Part shown: positions 1 to 9,438 of the stretch, piece after piece
Layout: each line of letters starts with the position of its first letter
Position numbering within the stretch: position 1 is the first letter of the stretch
Assembly: GCF_000023965.1 (NCBI RefSeq)
Contig: NC_013202.1
Location: 150,001 to 182,000 of the forward strand
Origin: Halomicrobium mukohataei DSM 12286
GTDB lineage: Archaea; Halobacteriota; Halobacteria; Halobacteriales; Haloarculaceae
Direction of reading: 5' to 3'
DNA length: 32,000 nucleotides
Made by a program: the position numbers and the translations under genes
The notes under the pieces: model-generated
The model's database searches: none
Told to the model about the DNA's origin: nothing
The model's input: the letters and a program-made list of their open reading frames with translations, nothing else

Positions 1-1326
1 GACACCTACGTGGCCGACGCCGACGGATCGAACCAGCGGAACCTGGAGATCGGCGAGACGGGCGCTGAAGTCGGGCCGGTCGACTGGGGTCCAGACGGCG
101 ACCGGCTGCTGGTGACGGACAACACGGCGGATCTGGGCCGGTGTGGCGTCTACGATCTGTCGACCGACGAGGTGACCTGGTACGGGGGCGAGTTCGACGA
201 GGACGCCGAGTCCTTCCTGCCCGGTGGCGACCGGTTCCTCGCGGTTCGGACACGAGAGTGTGCGAAAGAAGTCGTCGTCTACGACGCCCGGACCGGCGCG
301 GCGACGACGCTCGATCTACCATCGGGCGTCGCGTCACTCGGGCGTGCGGGCAGCGCCGTCGTCGACGAGGAACGCATCGTCTGCTCGCACACGACGCCGG
401 ATCGGCGACCCGAACTGCTGTGTTACGACCTCGCGACCGACGAGACCGAGCAGCTGATCGCGGCCGACTACGGCGACCTCGATCCCGATCGGTTCGTGGA
501 CGCCGAGTACTTCACCTTCGACTCCGCGGGCGTCGCCGAGTTCGACGACCGCGCCGGCCAGGGAGTCGAGAGCGACCCAGCGTCCCGCGAGATCGAGGCG
601 CTGCTGTACGACAGCGGCGAGCGTCCGTCGCCAGCGATCGTGAACCCCCACGGCGGTCCGCGGGGACAGGACACTCGCGGGTTCGACCTCTACACGCAGT
701 TCCTCTGTTCGCAGGGGTACAGCGTCCTGAAGGTGAACTACCGGGGCTCGACCGGCCGCGGCCGCGAGTTCGCACAGGCGATCTACGACGACTGGGGCGG
801 CAACGAGCAGGCCGACATCGCGACGGGGACGACGATCCTCGCCGAGAAGGAGTGGGTCGACGACGACCGTATCGCCGTCTTCGGTGGCTCTTACGGCGGC
901 TACTCGGCGTACTGTCAGATGACGATGTACCCCGAGCTGTACGACGCGGGGGTCGCCTGGATCGGCGTCACCGACCTGCGGGACCTCTACGAGAACACGA
1001 TGCCCCACTACCGGACCGAACTGCTGGAGAAGAACGTGGGCTCGCCCGAGGAGAATCCGGCGCTGTACGACGAACGCAGCCCCATCACTCACGCCGAGAA
1101 CCTCGCCGCTCCGCTGTTGGTGCTCCACGGCGTCAACGACCGGCGCGTCCCGGTCTCGCAGGCCCGACTGTTCCGTGATCGCCTCGACGAACTCGGCTAC
1201 GAGGCGGGCGAAGACGGCGACTACGAGTACGTCGAACTCGGCGAGGAGGGCCACGCATCGACCGACGTGGACCAGAAGATCCGCACGTTCCGCACGCTCG
1301 CGGACTTCCTCGAACGCCGGCTCTGA
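1..1326 (+). CDS. S9 family serine peptidase (prolyl oligopeptidase / acylaminoacyl-peptidase type), N-terminus outside window
   Basis: Frame is open from base 1. C-terminal alpha/beta-hydrolase triad contexts: FGGSYGGY (Ser), LHGVNDRRV (Asp), EEGHAS (His). N-terminal part has propeller-like repeats (WGPDGDRLL, FLPGGDRFL). Confidence 0.85.
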   Translation, partial: DTYVADADGSNQRNLEIGETGAEVGPVDWGPDGDRLLVTDNTADLGRCGVYDLSTDEVTWYGGEFDEDAESFLPGGDRFLAVRTRECAKEVVVYDARTGAATTLDLPSGVASLGRAGSAVVDEERIVCSHTTPDRRPELLCYDLATDETEQLIAADYGDLDPDRFVDAEYFTFDSAGVAEFDDRAGQGVESDPASREIEALLYDSGERPSPAIVNPHGGPRGQDTRGFDLYTQFLCSQGYSVLKVNYRGSTGRGREFAQAIYDDWGGNEQADIATGTTILAEKEWVDDDRIAVFGGSYGGYSAYCQMTMYPELYDAGVAWIGVTDLRDLYENTMPHYRTELLEKNVGSPEENPALYDERSPITHAENLAAPLLVLHGVNDRRVPVSQARLFRDRLDELGYEAGEDGDYEYVELGEEGHASTDVDQKIRTFRTLADFLERRL

Positions 1327-1374
1327 GCGAACGAGGTCGTTTCTCGCCGCCGACGTAGGAGTCACATAACGAAG

Positions 1375-2448
1375 GTGCGATCGGTCGTCGTCGCTCTCGT
1401 GTACGAGACACGAGCGACGGCCGACGGGGCCAGCCCAGAGACAGCCACTGTCGAGAGAGACGAGCCGGGGCCGGAGCTGTCGGTCGTCGTCGTCACCTAC
1501 AACGAGGCAGCGCGCATCGCCGACTGTCTCGACGCCGTGTTCGAGGCGTGTCGCGGCGTCGCCAGCTTCGAGGTGCTGGTCGTCGACTCGAACTCGACGG
1601 ACGGGACGGTCGCAATCGCAGACGACTACGACGCGACTGTCCTCCGGATCCCCGACGACGCGCTGACGACCCCCGGTGCGGGCCGCTACGTCGGCACGCA
1701 GCGGGCCCGCGGTGACGCCGTGCTGTTCGTCGACGGCGACGTGGTCCTGACCCAGGGCGACTGGCTCGTCGAGGCCCGAGAGACACTCGCGAGCGACTCC
1801 TCGATCGCGGGCGTCGACGGACACCTGAACGAACGCCAGACGGAGGCACCGACCAGCGTCGACTATCTGCACGGCGTCGCGCTGTACGACCGCGAGTCGC
1901 TTGCCGAAGTCGGCGGCTTCCACCCGTTTCTGACCGCTTGGGAGGACGTGGATCTGGGGTTCCAGCTGACGCTCGCGGGGTACGAGCTGTGCCGGCTGCC
2001 GACGGTCGTGGGCACTCATCCCGTCCCGGAGTCGTCGCTCGATCAGTTCCGTCGCTGGCGACGGGGGTACTACCGGGCCGGCGGCCAGGTCTGTCGCAAA
2101 GCCCTGCGCCGACCGGCGCTGTGCTGGCGGTGGCTGTGGTACTTCCGAGACAAGATCGCCACCACGGCCTGGCTCGGCCTGGGGGCGCTGCTCGCGGTCG
2201 TGCAGCCGCTGCTCGCTGCCGGGTGGCTGCTCGCGACGATCGCGGCCGCCGGACTGGTCTGTCAGCGGCTCGGCGTCGACGGCGGCCTCCGACGAGCGAT
2301 CTCGGCGATACTGTTCCCGCTTGGCTTTGCCCTCGGGTTCGAGGCGGTCCCCGATCGGGACGCGTTCCCGCTCGACGCCGTCGAGACGGTCCGGCGCGGG
2401 TCGGTGTGTGACGCCGAGGCCTCGCCCCGTCCCTCGCCGACAGACTAA
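1375..2448 (+). CDS. Family 2 glycosyltransferase with C-terminal membrane helices
   Basis: Motifs LSVVVVTYNE, VLVVDSNSTDGT and LFVDGDV (DxD). Hydrophobic C-terminal third. GTG start at 1375 is the only start offered, so the start is uncertain. Confidence 0.8.
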   Translation: MRSVVVALVYETRATADGASPETATVERDEPGPELSVVVVTYNEAARIADCLDAVFEACRGVASFEVLVVDSNSTDGTVAIADDYDATVLRIPDDALTTPGAGRYVGTQRARGDAVLFVDGDVVLTQGDWLVEARETLASDSSIAGVDGHLNERQTEAPTSVDYLHGVALYDRESLAEVGGFHPFLTAWEDVDLGFQLTLAGYELCRLPTVVGTHPVPESSLDQFRRWRRGYYRAGGQVCRKALRRPALCWRWLWYFRDKIATTAWLGLGALLAVVQPLLAAGWLLATIAAAGLVCQRLGVDGGLRRAISAILFPLGFALGFEAVPDRDAFPLDAVETVRRGSVCDAEASPRPSPTD

Positions 2449-2527
2449 TACTGCCGGCTGTAAGTCTGTACAGAATTTCGCGACCCCGTTGTCGCGAATA
2501 TCTTGAAACAGTTACAGCCGGCAGTAT
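2448..2527. terminator. Nested palindrome between convergent genes (possible bidirectional terminator or small RNA)
   Basis: 16-nt perfect outer arms ATACTGCCGGCTGTAA (2448-2463) and TTACAGCCGGCAGTAT (2512-2527). Inside are the palindrome TCTGTACAGA (2465-2474) and the hairpin TTCGCGAC-cccgtt-GTCGCGAA (2477-2498). Confidence 0.5.
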
Positions 2528-2552
2528 GAGACCGTTCGCGTCTCGAAGCGCG

Positions 2553-3884
2553 TCAGTTGTACGGTTTCGGCCGCAGTCGGTCGTAGACCGGATAGAGGTA
2601 CTCGTAGAACTCGTAGGGCGCGTTTCGCGCGCCCACGCGAAGCAGCTTCACCCAAGCGGGCTGGGTCGACCGCTCGACGTTGTCCGCGAAGTCGTTGTCC
2701 GCGAGCCACGCGAGGAACTCTTCGGTACCGTCGTAGTCGGGCGGTTCTTCGACTGGGAGGTGGGCCTGGATGTCCTCCCAGTAGTACCGGACGTGCTCGT
2801 CCAGCGCCCAGTCGTTCGTCTCGAAGCGCTCGATGGCGTAGTCGTACCACTCCTCGTCGACCCGGTAGCCGAAGTCGTTGGGATCGACGCCGGCCACCAA
2901 GAGTCCGGTCGCCGTCCGGACGCACTTCTCACAGCGGTTGCAGTTCCCGCCCGCGTCGTCGTACGTACAGGTCCGGATCACGAACGGGGACCCGGTTTCG
3001 CGGGCGTAGTCGGCCAGCAGTTCCAGCTTGTCCTGGCGCGTGATATCGAAGGCATCGTGGTGGCCCCGCGTGCCAGCCCACCGGACGTTGTCGTCGATGT
3101 CCGGATGCGATCCCCACGGCGATCCCCGACCCGGCCAGGTGATCGACTCCAGCTCGAACCCGTCCCAGTGCGTCGAGCCCATGTGGACGACGCCGTAGCC
3201 CTGACTGTAGGCCAGCGGCGCACAGACTCCGAGCAGCCCGATGCCGTGGCCGACGCCGCTGTACCACCCGCCGTCCGTGTGGTGCTTGTAGTGGACGTTC
3301 AGCATCGTGTGATCGAGGAAATCAGAGATGTCCGCCGTGACGCCGTGGGTCGGACAGTCCTCCCGCTTCGCGAATCGGTCCACGTGACCCATGGCCCGCT
3401 CCCAGCGATCGTCCTCGTCGACGCCGATCACCCAGCCCTGGATCGCGATCAGCGCCGGGTCCGCCTCGCGATGTCGGACGTACGTCGCGAGCGAGTCGAC
3501 ACCGCCGCTGAACAGCTGTGCCGTCCCCTCGAACGAACCCGGTTCGTGACGGTGCTCCGTGATCCGCTCGGCCCGGATCGCCCCGCCGTCGATGAACGCG
3601 GGGTACATCCGCGACAGCGTGTCTCGGACCGCATCGAGGCTGTCGAGGAACTGCCGGTCGACGGCCTCGACGACGACCGTGCTGTCGGTCGCCCACGCGA
3701 CCGGACAGACCTGTGCCAGCACCGGAATCGTCGCCACTCCGAGGGGCACCTCGCTTACGTCCACATCGTACGACACAGAAAACGTCGACCTGTCGAAGAA
3801 ACGCCGCAGATCCCGCGAGTACTCGACGGTGTACTCGATCGAGCGCTCCCCGATCGACACGTCCGCGACGACGATCTCAGACAT
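2553..3884 (-). CDS. QueC-like PP-loop ATP pyrophosphatase family protein with N- and C-terminal extensions (443 aa)
   Basis: SGGVDS PP-loop at aa 126-131 (nt 3492-3509). Cys cluster C306-x8-C315-x2-C318-x2-C321 (nt 2922-2969) lies about 180 aa downstream, matching the spacing I recall for the QueC zinc site. ATG at 3884. Confidence 0.7.
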   Translation of the reverse strand: MSEIVVADVSIGERSIEYTVEYSRDLRRFFDRSTFSVSYDVDVSEVPLGVATIPVLAQVCPVAWATDSTVVVEAVDRQFLDSLDAVRDTLSRMYPAFIDGGAIRAERITEHRHEPGSFEGTAQLFSGGVDSLATYVRHREADPALIAIQGWVIGVDEDDRWERAMGHVDRFAKREDCPTHGVTADISDFLDHTMLNVHYKHHTDGGWYSGVGHGIGLLGVCAPLAYSQGYGVVHMGSTHWDGFELESITWPGRGSPWGSHPDIDDNVRWAGTRGHHDAFDITRQDKLELLADYARETGSPFVIRTCTYDDAGGNCNRCEKCVRTATGLLVAGVDPNDFGYRVDEEWYDYAIERFETNDWALDEHVRYYWEDIQAHLPVEEPPDYDGTEEFLAWLADNDFADNVERSTQPAWVKLLRVGARNAPYEFYEYLYPVYDRLRPKPYN

Positions 3885-4075
3885 CCGTTACCTCCCGCCC
3901 CGGTCGGCGTCTGTCAGTTCCCTGCGTGCTCCGTTGATCGGTCATCCACTGCCAGCCAGGGACGGTCGTGGCTTAGTTACGAGACGCCTGCCGGCCGCTC
4001 GATCCCTGGGTAGGAACAGGCTGACGGGCAGTGAGAAGGGTCACTGGAAGAACGAACGTCGGCCGTCGAGGGCAG

Positions 4076-4930
4076 CTACCCCTCGGTGTGGTTGTCGTAG
4101 AACGAGACCGAGAACGCCGACCGGAACGGTGTCAGGACCAGCTGCGAGAGAAGCGAGTAGACGACGATCCCGCCCTGGGCGAGGAGCGTCGCGCCCAGTC
4201 CACCGGTCTGCGTTGCATCCATCGCCGACGCCGAACCCATGCCACCGGAACCCATGCCGCCCGTGAGGATCGGGACCAGGAAGAGACCAAACACCGGTGC
4301 CGCGACCAGCAGACCGATCACGAGGTTGATGACCCCGAACCCGAGCGCCTCGAGGATGTTGTTCAGGACGACGCTGACGCTGTTGCGGAAGCCGTCGACG
4401 ACGCCCACGTCGTCGACGACGATCGCAGTCGCGTAGAACTGGATGAAAAACATCACCAGCAGGAAGAAGAGTACGAGCCCGGCGATCAGGACGATCGAAA
4501 CGATACCGAGACCGCCCAGCATCGCGTCACTCGTCCCGCCAGTTCCGCCGTCCGCCATGGCCATCGCGCCGAAGCCGACGACGAAGATCGCGACGATGAA
4601 GGCGATGATTCCGTAGACGAACGAGAAGACAGCCTGAATCAGGTTCCCGATTAACACGGGGGCGTACCGATCCTTGCCGACCTTCTTGAACGTCTCGAAG
4701 GAGGTATCTCTGACCCGTCCCTCGTAGGCCATCGCCAGCAGGCCAGCGATGACGAAGGGCGTAATGAAGAACGTCACTATCTGAAAGAGCCACGGAACGA
4801 TCGGGATTCCGAACGTCGAGAGGGCAGTCTGGGGGAGTACGATCACCGCGTACAACGCCCCGATCGCGAACAGGATCGGGTTCCGGCGCAGTACGCCGAA
4901 CGATTCGACGAATGATTTGATCGTCGCCAT
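4076..4930 (-). CDS. Polytopic membrane protein, function unknown
   Basis: Start taken at MATIKSF (ATG 4930). Six or more long hydrophobic segments and Gly-rich loops (GGTGGTS, GGMGSGGMGS). Same strand as the QueC-like gene, 190 nt upstream of it. Confidence 0.75.
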   Translation of the reverse strand: MATIKSFVESFGVLRRNPILFAIGALYAVIVLPQTALSTFGIPIVPWLFQIVTFFITPFVIAGLLAMAYEGRVRDTSFETFKKVGKDRYAPVLIGNLIQAVFSFVYGIIAFIVAIFVVGFGAMAMADGGTGGTSDAMLGGLGIVSIVLIAGLVLFFLLVMFFIQFYATAIVVDDVGVVDGFRNSVSVVLNNILEALGFGVINLVIGLLVAAPVFGLFLVPILTGGMGSGGMGSASAMDATQTGGLGATLLAQGGIVVYSLLSQLVLTPFRSAFSVSFYDNHTEG

Positions 4931-5037
4931 ATCAACCAAGCCGCAAGACACCTACAAATAAATTGATATCGGAGATGCACGCCGGCGAGCGCGGAGCCGT
5001 CGAGGGGAGGACGGACGCGTCGTCGGCAACGAGATGG

Positions 5038-5382
5038 TCAGCGCCGGTCGGACCTGTGGACAACGATGAATTCGGGCAGATACCCGATCGTATCAGCAGT
5101 CATCGCTGTTGCCATAGACGTGGAAACGCTGCGGATCGACAGTAGTCGTCGTCTCGATGTCGATCTCGTAGTACCGGGCACCCTCAGTGTCTCGGCGGCC
5201 TCCCGCCTCTGCCGAACCGTCAGATCGTCGCGGGCCAACACCTCGCGGATTCGCTCGTCGATCCGCCGGGAGAACCCGGCGGACTGCACGAGCGCCGTCG
5301 TCTTGTTGCAGTGCCAGCGCTCGGCGGCCTGCTCGATCGTCTCTGTTCGGTGCGCGTGCGTGCCGTCGCCGGGGATTCGCAT
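5038..5382 (-). CDS. Hypothetical island protein, paralog of 11122..11322; C-terminus probably frameshifted
   Basis: 39 of 48 residues are identical to the second copy over WHCNKTTALVQSAGFSRRIDERIREVLARDDLTVRQRREAAETLRVPG. The conserved YEI(D/E)I continuation is only readable in the adjacent frame, which would end at 5093. Confidence 0.45.
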   Translation of the reverse strand: MRIPGDGTHAHRTETIEQAAERWHCNKTTALVQSAGFSRRIDERIREVLARDDLTVRQRREAAETLRVPGTTRSTSRRRLLSIRSVSTSMATAMTADTIGYLPEFIVVHRSDRR

Positions 5383-5705
5383 ACCCGCCGCCCGTGAATA
5401 TGCCGGTAAATAGTGGTCTGCTCGGGTAACTCGAAGCCCGATTACGGATAAAGATCGCTACGGCCCATACCCATCACGGCTCGATCACGCCGACGGCCCA
5501 ACCCGATCGATCGTGAGTATGCACACACCCAGTTCGCGCTCGTGTGCATATGAGGATGAACGGATTTCTCGACGTGCGAGCCCTTGGGGTTAACAATTCA
5601 GACCCAAGCTTTGTTCTATTTCCACTATCATCAGATATGCTTCCACTTTTACCCCGGTTTGCGAACCTTCTTCAGCCTCCCACACGAACCGATTGTTAAT
5701 CTAAA

Positions 5706-6353
5706 ATGCCATATTACGGAGACATATCCGGTGATTTCCGGAACCTTCTCAACGAAGATTGTGAGGTGGTGGTTGTGGCTGTCGTTGGCGGTACTCATCA
5801 TGATTGTTACCGATGTCCGAAGAGAGCGGTTCGTAATGCACCGCAGATGGATGAGGCAAAATGGTATGATATGAAGACAGTTGAAAAGAGACGGTTCATG
5901 GAATGTTTAGGCGAAAATTCGCCACCACTAGAATTCGGATATGCAGTCTTTGAGTTAGACGACTTCACCAATCTGAGATCTCATTATAAGCTATTCCAAG
6001 ATGTTTCATTCCCTCCCATTTGGGATATCGCCATTCGAGGCATTGCTTATACTGAGATCCTATACGAGCTATCCGGAGACACCAATATCGAGTTCTATCC
6101 CGACCAGTTTAGATCGGGTGTACAGACAGACAAGCTTTGTGAAGTGATCGAAAACCGTCTAAAAAAGGCAGAGATCGAATGTGTATCGTCTGAACAAGTA
6201 GATGGTGTACAAGCGGCAGATTGCTTGGCCGGTGCTGTTGCAGAAGAACAGAAGGGCGGAACTCCCTGGCTAGAACACACTAATGCTGAGTCTCAAATAG
6301 CGGAATGTTCAAGTTGGACACTGATAGAACTGGAACGTCTTCTCGTCTCTTGA
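5706..6353 (+). CDS. Hypothetical protein in AT-rich islet (possibly DUF3800-like)
   Basis: 215-aa ORF with normal amino-acid composition in DNA much AT-richer than the flanks. C-terminal VQAADCLAGAV resembles the Q-x-AD-x-x-A motif I associate with DUF3800. Weak assignment. Confidence 0.55.
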   Translation: MPYYGDISGDFRNLLNEDCEVVVVAVVGGTHHDCYRCPKRAVRNAPQMDEAKWYDMKTVEKRRFMECLGENSPPLEFGYAVFELDDFTNLRSHYKLFQDVSFPPIWDIAIRGIAYTEILYELSGDTNIEFYPDQFRSGVQTDKLCEVIENRLKKAEIECVSSEQVDGVQAADCLAGAVAEEQKGGTPWLEHTNAESQIAECSSWTLIELERLLVS

Positions 6354-6615
6354 GAACCGGCCCGTGATTGGCCTCCCACCCACTCGCGTGCGATAGACAG
6401 AAACCAAGCGAATTTCTGCCACGACGCACGCTGAGGTGCTGTTCGCACCCCTGCAGGGTCATCGACCTTTCACGGCGTTATCGGTGATTGAACGTAGTGT
6501 CCTCACAGTGCTAAATCTTGTGGCTCGTCGATCGGTCAGTGAAATTAGAACAAAACTCCAGATATGCTATGCAGCAGGTATCGTAAAGGCACTTTGTATC
6601 CGAATGGAATTCTGA

Positions 6616-7335
<720 letters not shown>

Positions 7336-7381
7336 TAGTGATCTTCTCATCTTTGTCGATATTGCTTAAACTTGTTCATAG

Positions 7382-8431
7382 TTATAGCTCAAAGAAATTG
7401 CGTCGCTGCTCTGCTTTCTGGCGATCGTTGCGCCGGTCGTAATGCTTGTCGAGAATCTCCTCGCTCGCGTTCATCCGATCGGAGACAAGCGACCGATCTT
7501 CGTCGGCCAGCCGGTGCGCAGTCACCCGTCCACTCCGAACGTCGTGGGGCGAGCGCGACGACGGGCACTTGCTCATCTCAGAGTAGTGGGTCCACTCACA
7601 AGTGTCCGGATCTTTGTCGTGGGGACACTCCTCTCCGCGCCAACATGGGGGCGAGACTCGGTAAAGCGTATCCCGGCAGCACGACCGCGACACCCGGCCG
7701 CTCTTCGTCGTCACCAGCGGCGCACGGCCCTGATCGTCGGTCTCCTTCTCACGTGGACCGTCGATGTAGTCCTTCAGAATCTGGGCGACGTGGGGGCTGA
7801 TCGCGTTCCATCGCTCGCCCTTCTCCTTGTTCTTGAGCGGGGTTCCCTTGTTCGGACGATGGACGAAGTGAACCGCCGGCCCATCGGCACCGGGACGGTC
7901 GCCGTCGAGATCGCAGTCGCCCACGTCAAGCGCGCGAAGGCCACCGGTCCGGCACCCGGTGTGCCAGAACAGCAGGACGATCACGTGTCGGCGGCTGGCG
8001 TACTCGTACCGTTCGAGCCAGTCCAGTATTTCGAGCGCGCGGTCCGGGTCGGGCGTAGATTCACTCACGTCCTGTCCCGGATTGATCTTCGGCAGCGGGA
8101 CCTGCTCGTACAGCGCTTCCGGCACGGCTTCGATGTCGCCACAGAACCGGAGGAACGCCCGAAGCGTCCCCATATCGCCGCGAAGGGTGACGGTCTTCAG
8201 TTCTTTGCCTTCGTCGGAATAACCACCCTCACGACGCCAGACGCGATAGGCGTACAGGTCGCGCCCAGACAGTTCGTTGAGGTTCGCGATACCTTCCTCG
8301 TCGCACCACTGGATGAAGGCCTGTAGTCGGTAGTACTGGCCTTGGAGGGTCTGTTCGGTCGCATCGTCTCTGGCCTCGATATACAGATCTACAGCCTCGG
8401 AGGGCGACAACGGTTCGAGATCGTCGCTCAC
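7382..8431 (-). CDS. Tyrosine recombinase / phage-type integrase
   Basis: N-terminal SAM-like core-binding region. Catalytic contexts HTGCRTGGLRAL (Arg), SPHDVRSGRVT (H-x-x-R) and ILDKHYD (Tyr). GTG start overlaps the upstream stop as GTGA. Confidence 0.9.
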   Translation of the reverse strand: MSDDLEPLSPSEAVDLYIEARDDATEQTLQGQYYRLQAFIQWCDEEGIANLNELSGRDLYAYRVWRREGGYSDEGKELKTVTLRGDMGTLRAFLRFCGDIEAVPEALYEQVPLPKINPGQDVSESTPDPDRALEILDWLERYEYASRRHVIVLLFWHTGCRTGGLRALDVGDCDLDGDRPGADGPAVHFVHRPNKGTPLKNKEKGERWNAISPHVAQILKDYIDGPREKETDDQGRAPLVTTKSGRVSRSCCRDTLYRVSPPCWRGEECPHDKDPDTCEWTHYSEMSKCPSSRSPHDVRSGRVTAHRLADEDRSLVSDRMNASEEILDKHYDRRNDRQKAEQRRNFFEL

Positions 8432-8688
8432 TCGTCGTCACCCCCGTCGAGATCGCGGTCGTACGGACCGACCGGCGTTACCAGCCGGACCTGTTCACGT
8501 TCGCGAAGGTTACCGGTCTTCCGGTCGTGCAGCTCGTGAAACTCGCCATCGACGCCCTCAGTGCGGGCGCAAGAGGCACACCAGAAGTGGTGGTTGGTGG
8601 GCTCCCAGGAGCGGTGGCCGCGGGGACACACGAATCGCCAGCGATCGCTACGACTCTCAATTCGGACGGTCTTCTTCTTCTCCAACAT
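8428..8688 (-). CDS. Small zinc-ribbon protein co-transcribed with the integrase
   Basis: Start taken at MLEKKK (ATG 8688). CPRGH...CASC cysteine pairs. 4-nt overlap with the integrase start. TATA-like CTTTTACC lies about 30 nt upstream. Confidence 0.5.
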   Translation of the reverse strand: MLEKKKTVRIESRSDRWRFVCPRGHRSWEPTNHHFWCASCARTEGVDGEFHELHDRKTGNLREREQVRLVTPVGPYDRDLDGGDDE

Positions 8689-8715
8689 ACCCAGTCGAAA
8701 CCGACAGAGGGCATG

Positions 8716-8757
8716 GTAAAAGGAGCGAGTCTTATCCGTGTGGTGAAAGTGAAAGTG
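8716..8757 (-). promoter_or_regulatory. Putative promoter of the zinc-ribbon/integrase operon with tandem hexamer repeats
   Basis: The reverse complement of 8716-8723 reads CTTTTACC, 28-35 nt upstream of ATG 8688. GTGAAAGTGAAAGTG (8743-8757) lies just upstream. Confidence 0.3.
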
Positions 8758-9072
8758 ATCGATTCGTCGCCCCGTCCCGCCGAAATAGCGATTTCGGCCG
8801 GTGAAAGTAAAACGAGGGCGCGGGCGGTCGGTCGTGCCACCTGTGTTAAGGCGGGAGGCTCGTCTCGTAGTCATGTGTTCGCTCGCAAGAGCGGCACCCC
8901 GGCCGACGGACATGGGCGTCGGCCACCGACTCTTTCTCTCGGACCTGCTCGCCGAGGGCCGGGTCTGTCGCTCTTGGCTCGCCAATTGTGACGACCTGAC
9001 TTAAGTTTTGATGCACGTATCGTAGTTATAGAATGCACAAAACGTGTTCTAAAAATCGTCACCGGATCAACT

Positions 9073-9354
9073 ATGAGTGATTCATCAGACAGTCAAAACG
9101 AAATGCACCGTCGGGTTGAATGGCTGAAACCCTCTGACCGGGTGATTGTGGCTGAGTTAGCAGAGTATGGCGGTTGGATGAAGCCCTCGTCACTCGCCCT
9201 CAATATTTCGTATACACGTCGCCATATCGCTCGACGGTGTCAGGTGCTGGCTAAACACGGGTTATTGGAGCGGCATGACGAAACGGCAGGTTATCGAGTG
9301 ACAGAACACGGTCACCAGTTCCTACAAGATAAACTAAATGAAGACGATCTCTAA
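9073..9354 (+). CDS. Winged helix-turn-helix DNA-binding protein (MarR/PhiH1-repressor-like)
   Basis: 93 aa. LKPSDRVIVAELAEYGGWMKPSSLALNISYTRRHIARRCQVLAKHGLLER fits a wHTH layout. Divergent from the integrase operon across an AT-rich spacer. Confidence 0.7.
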   Translation: MSDSSDSQNEMHRRVEWLKPSDRVIVAELAEYGGWMKPSSLALNISYTRRHIARRCQVLAKHGLLERHDETAGYRVTEHGHQFLQDKLNEDDL

Positions 9355-9438
9355 TGTGGGGTGCAGTTCCACCATCAGATCCTTTCGAAGTGCGGGACAA
9401 CACATAGATTGAAGATGTCTGAGTGATTGCCACAAGTC

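Noticed and set aside
334-2019. 561-aa minus-strand ORF, and similar long ORFs at 2526..4013 (+), 15826..17100 (-), 27765..28649 (-), 27986..29311 (+) and 29774..31444 (-)
   Set aside because: All are antisense or out-of-frame overlaps of genes with clear catalytic motifs. Their translations are dominated by Arg, Pro, Gly, Asp and Val, as expected from GC-rich non-coding frames.
5003-5014. 12-nt match GGGGAGGACGGA to the degenerate tRNA-Tyr 3' fragment, in inverted orientation, as a possible third att site
   Set aside because: The match does not extend on either side. The purine/GC-rich 12-mer could occur by chance in this composition, and the orientation is wrong for a tandem insertion.
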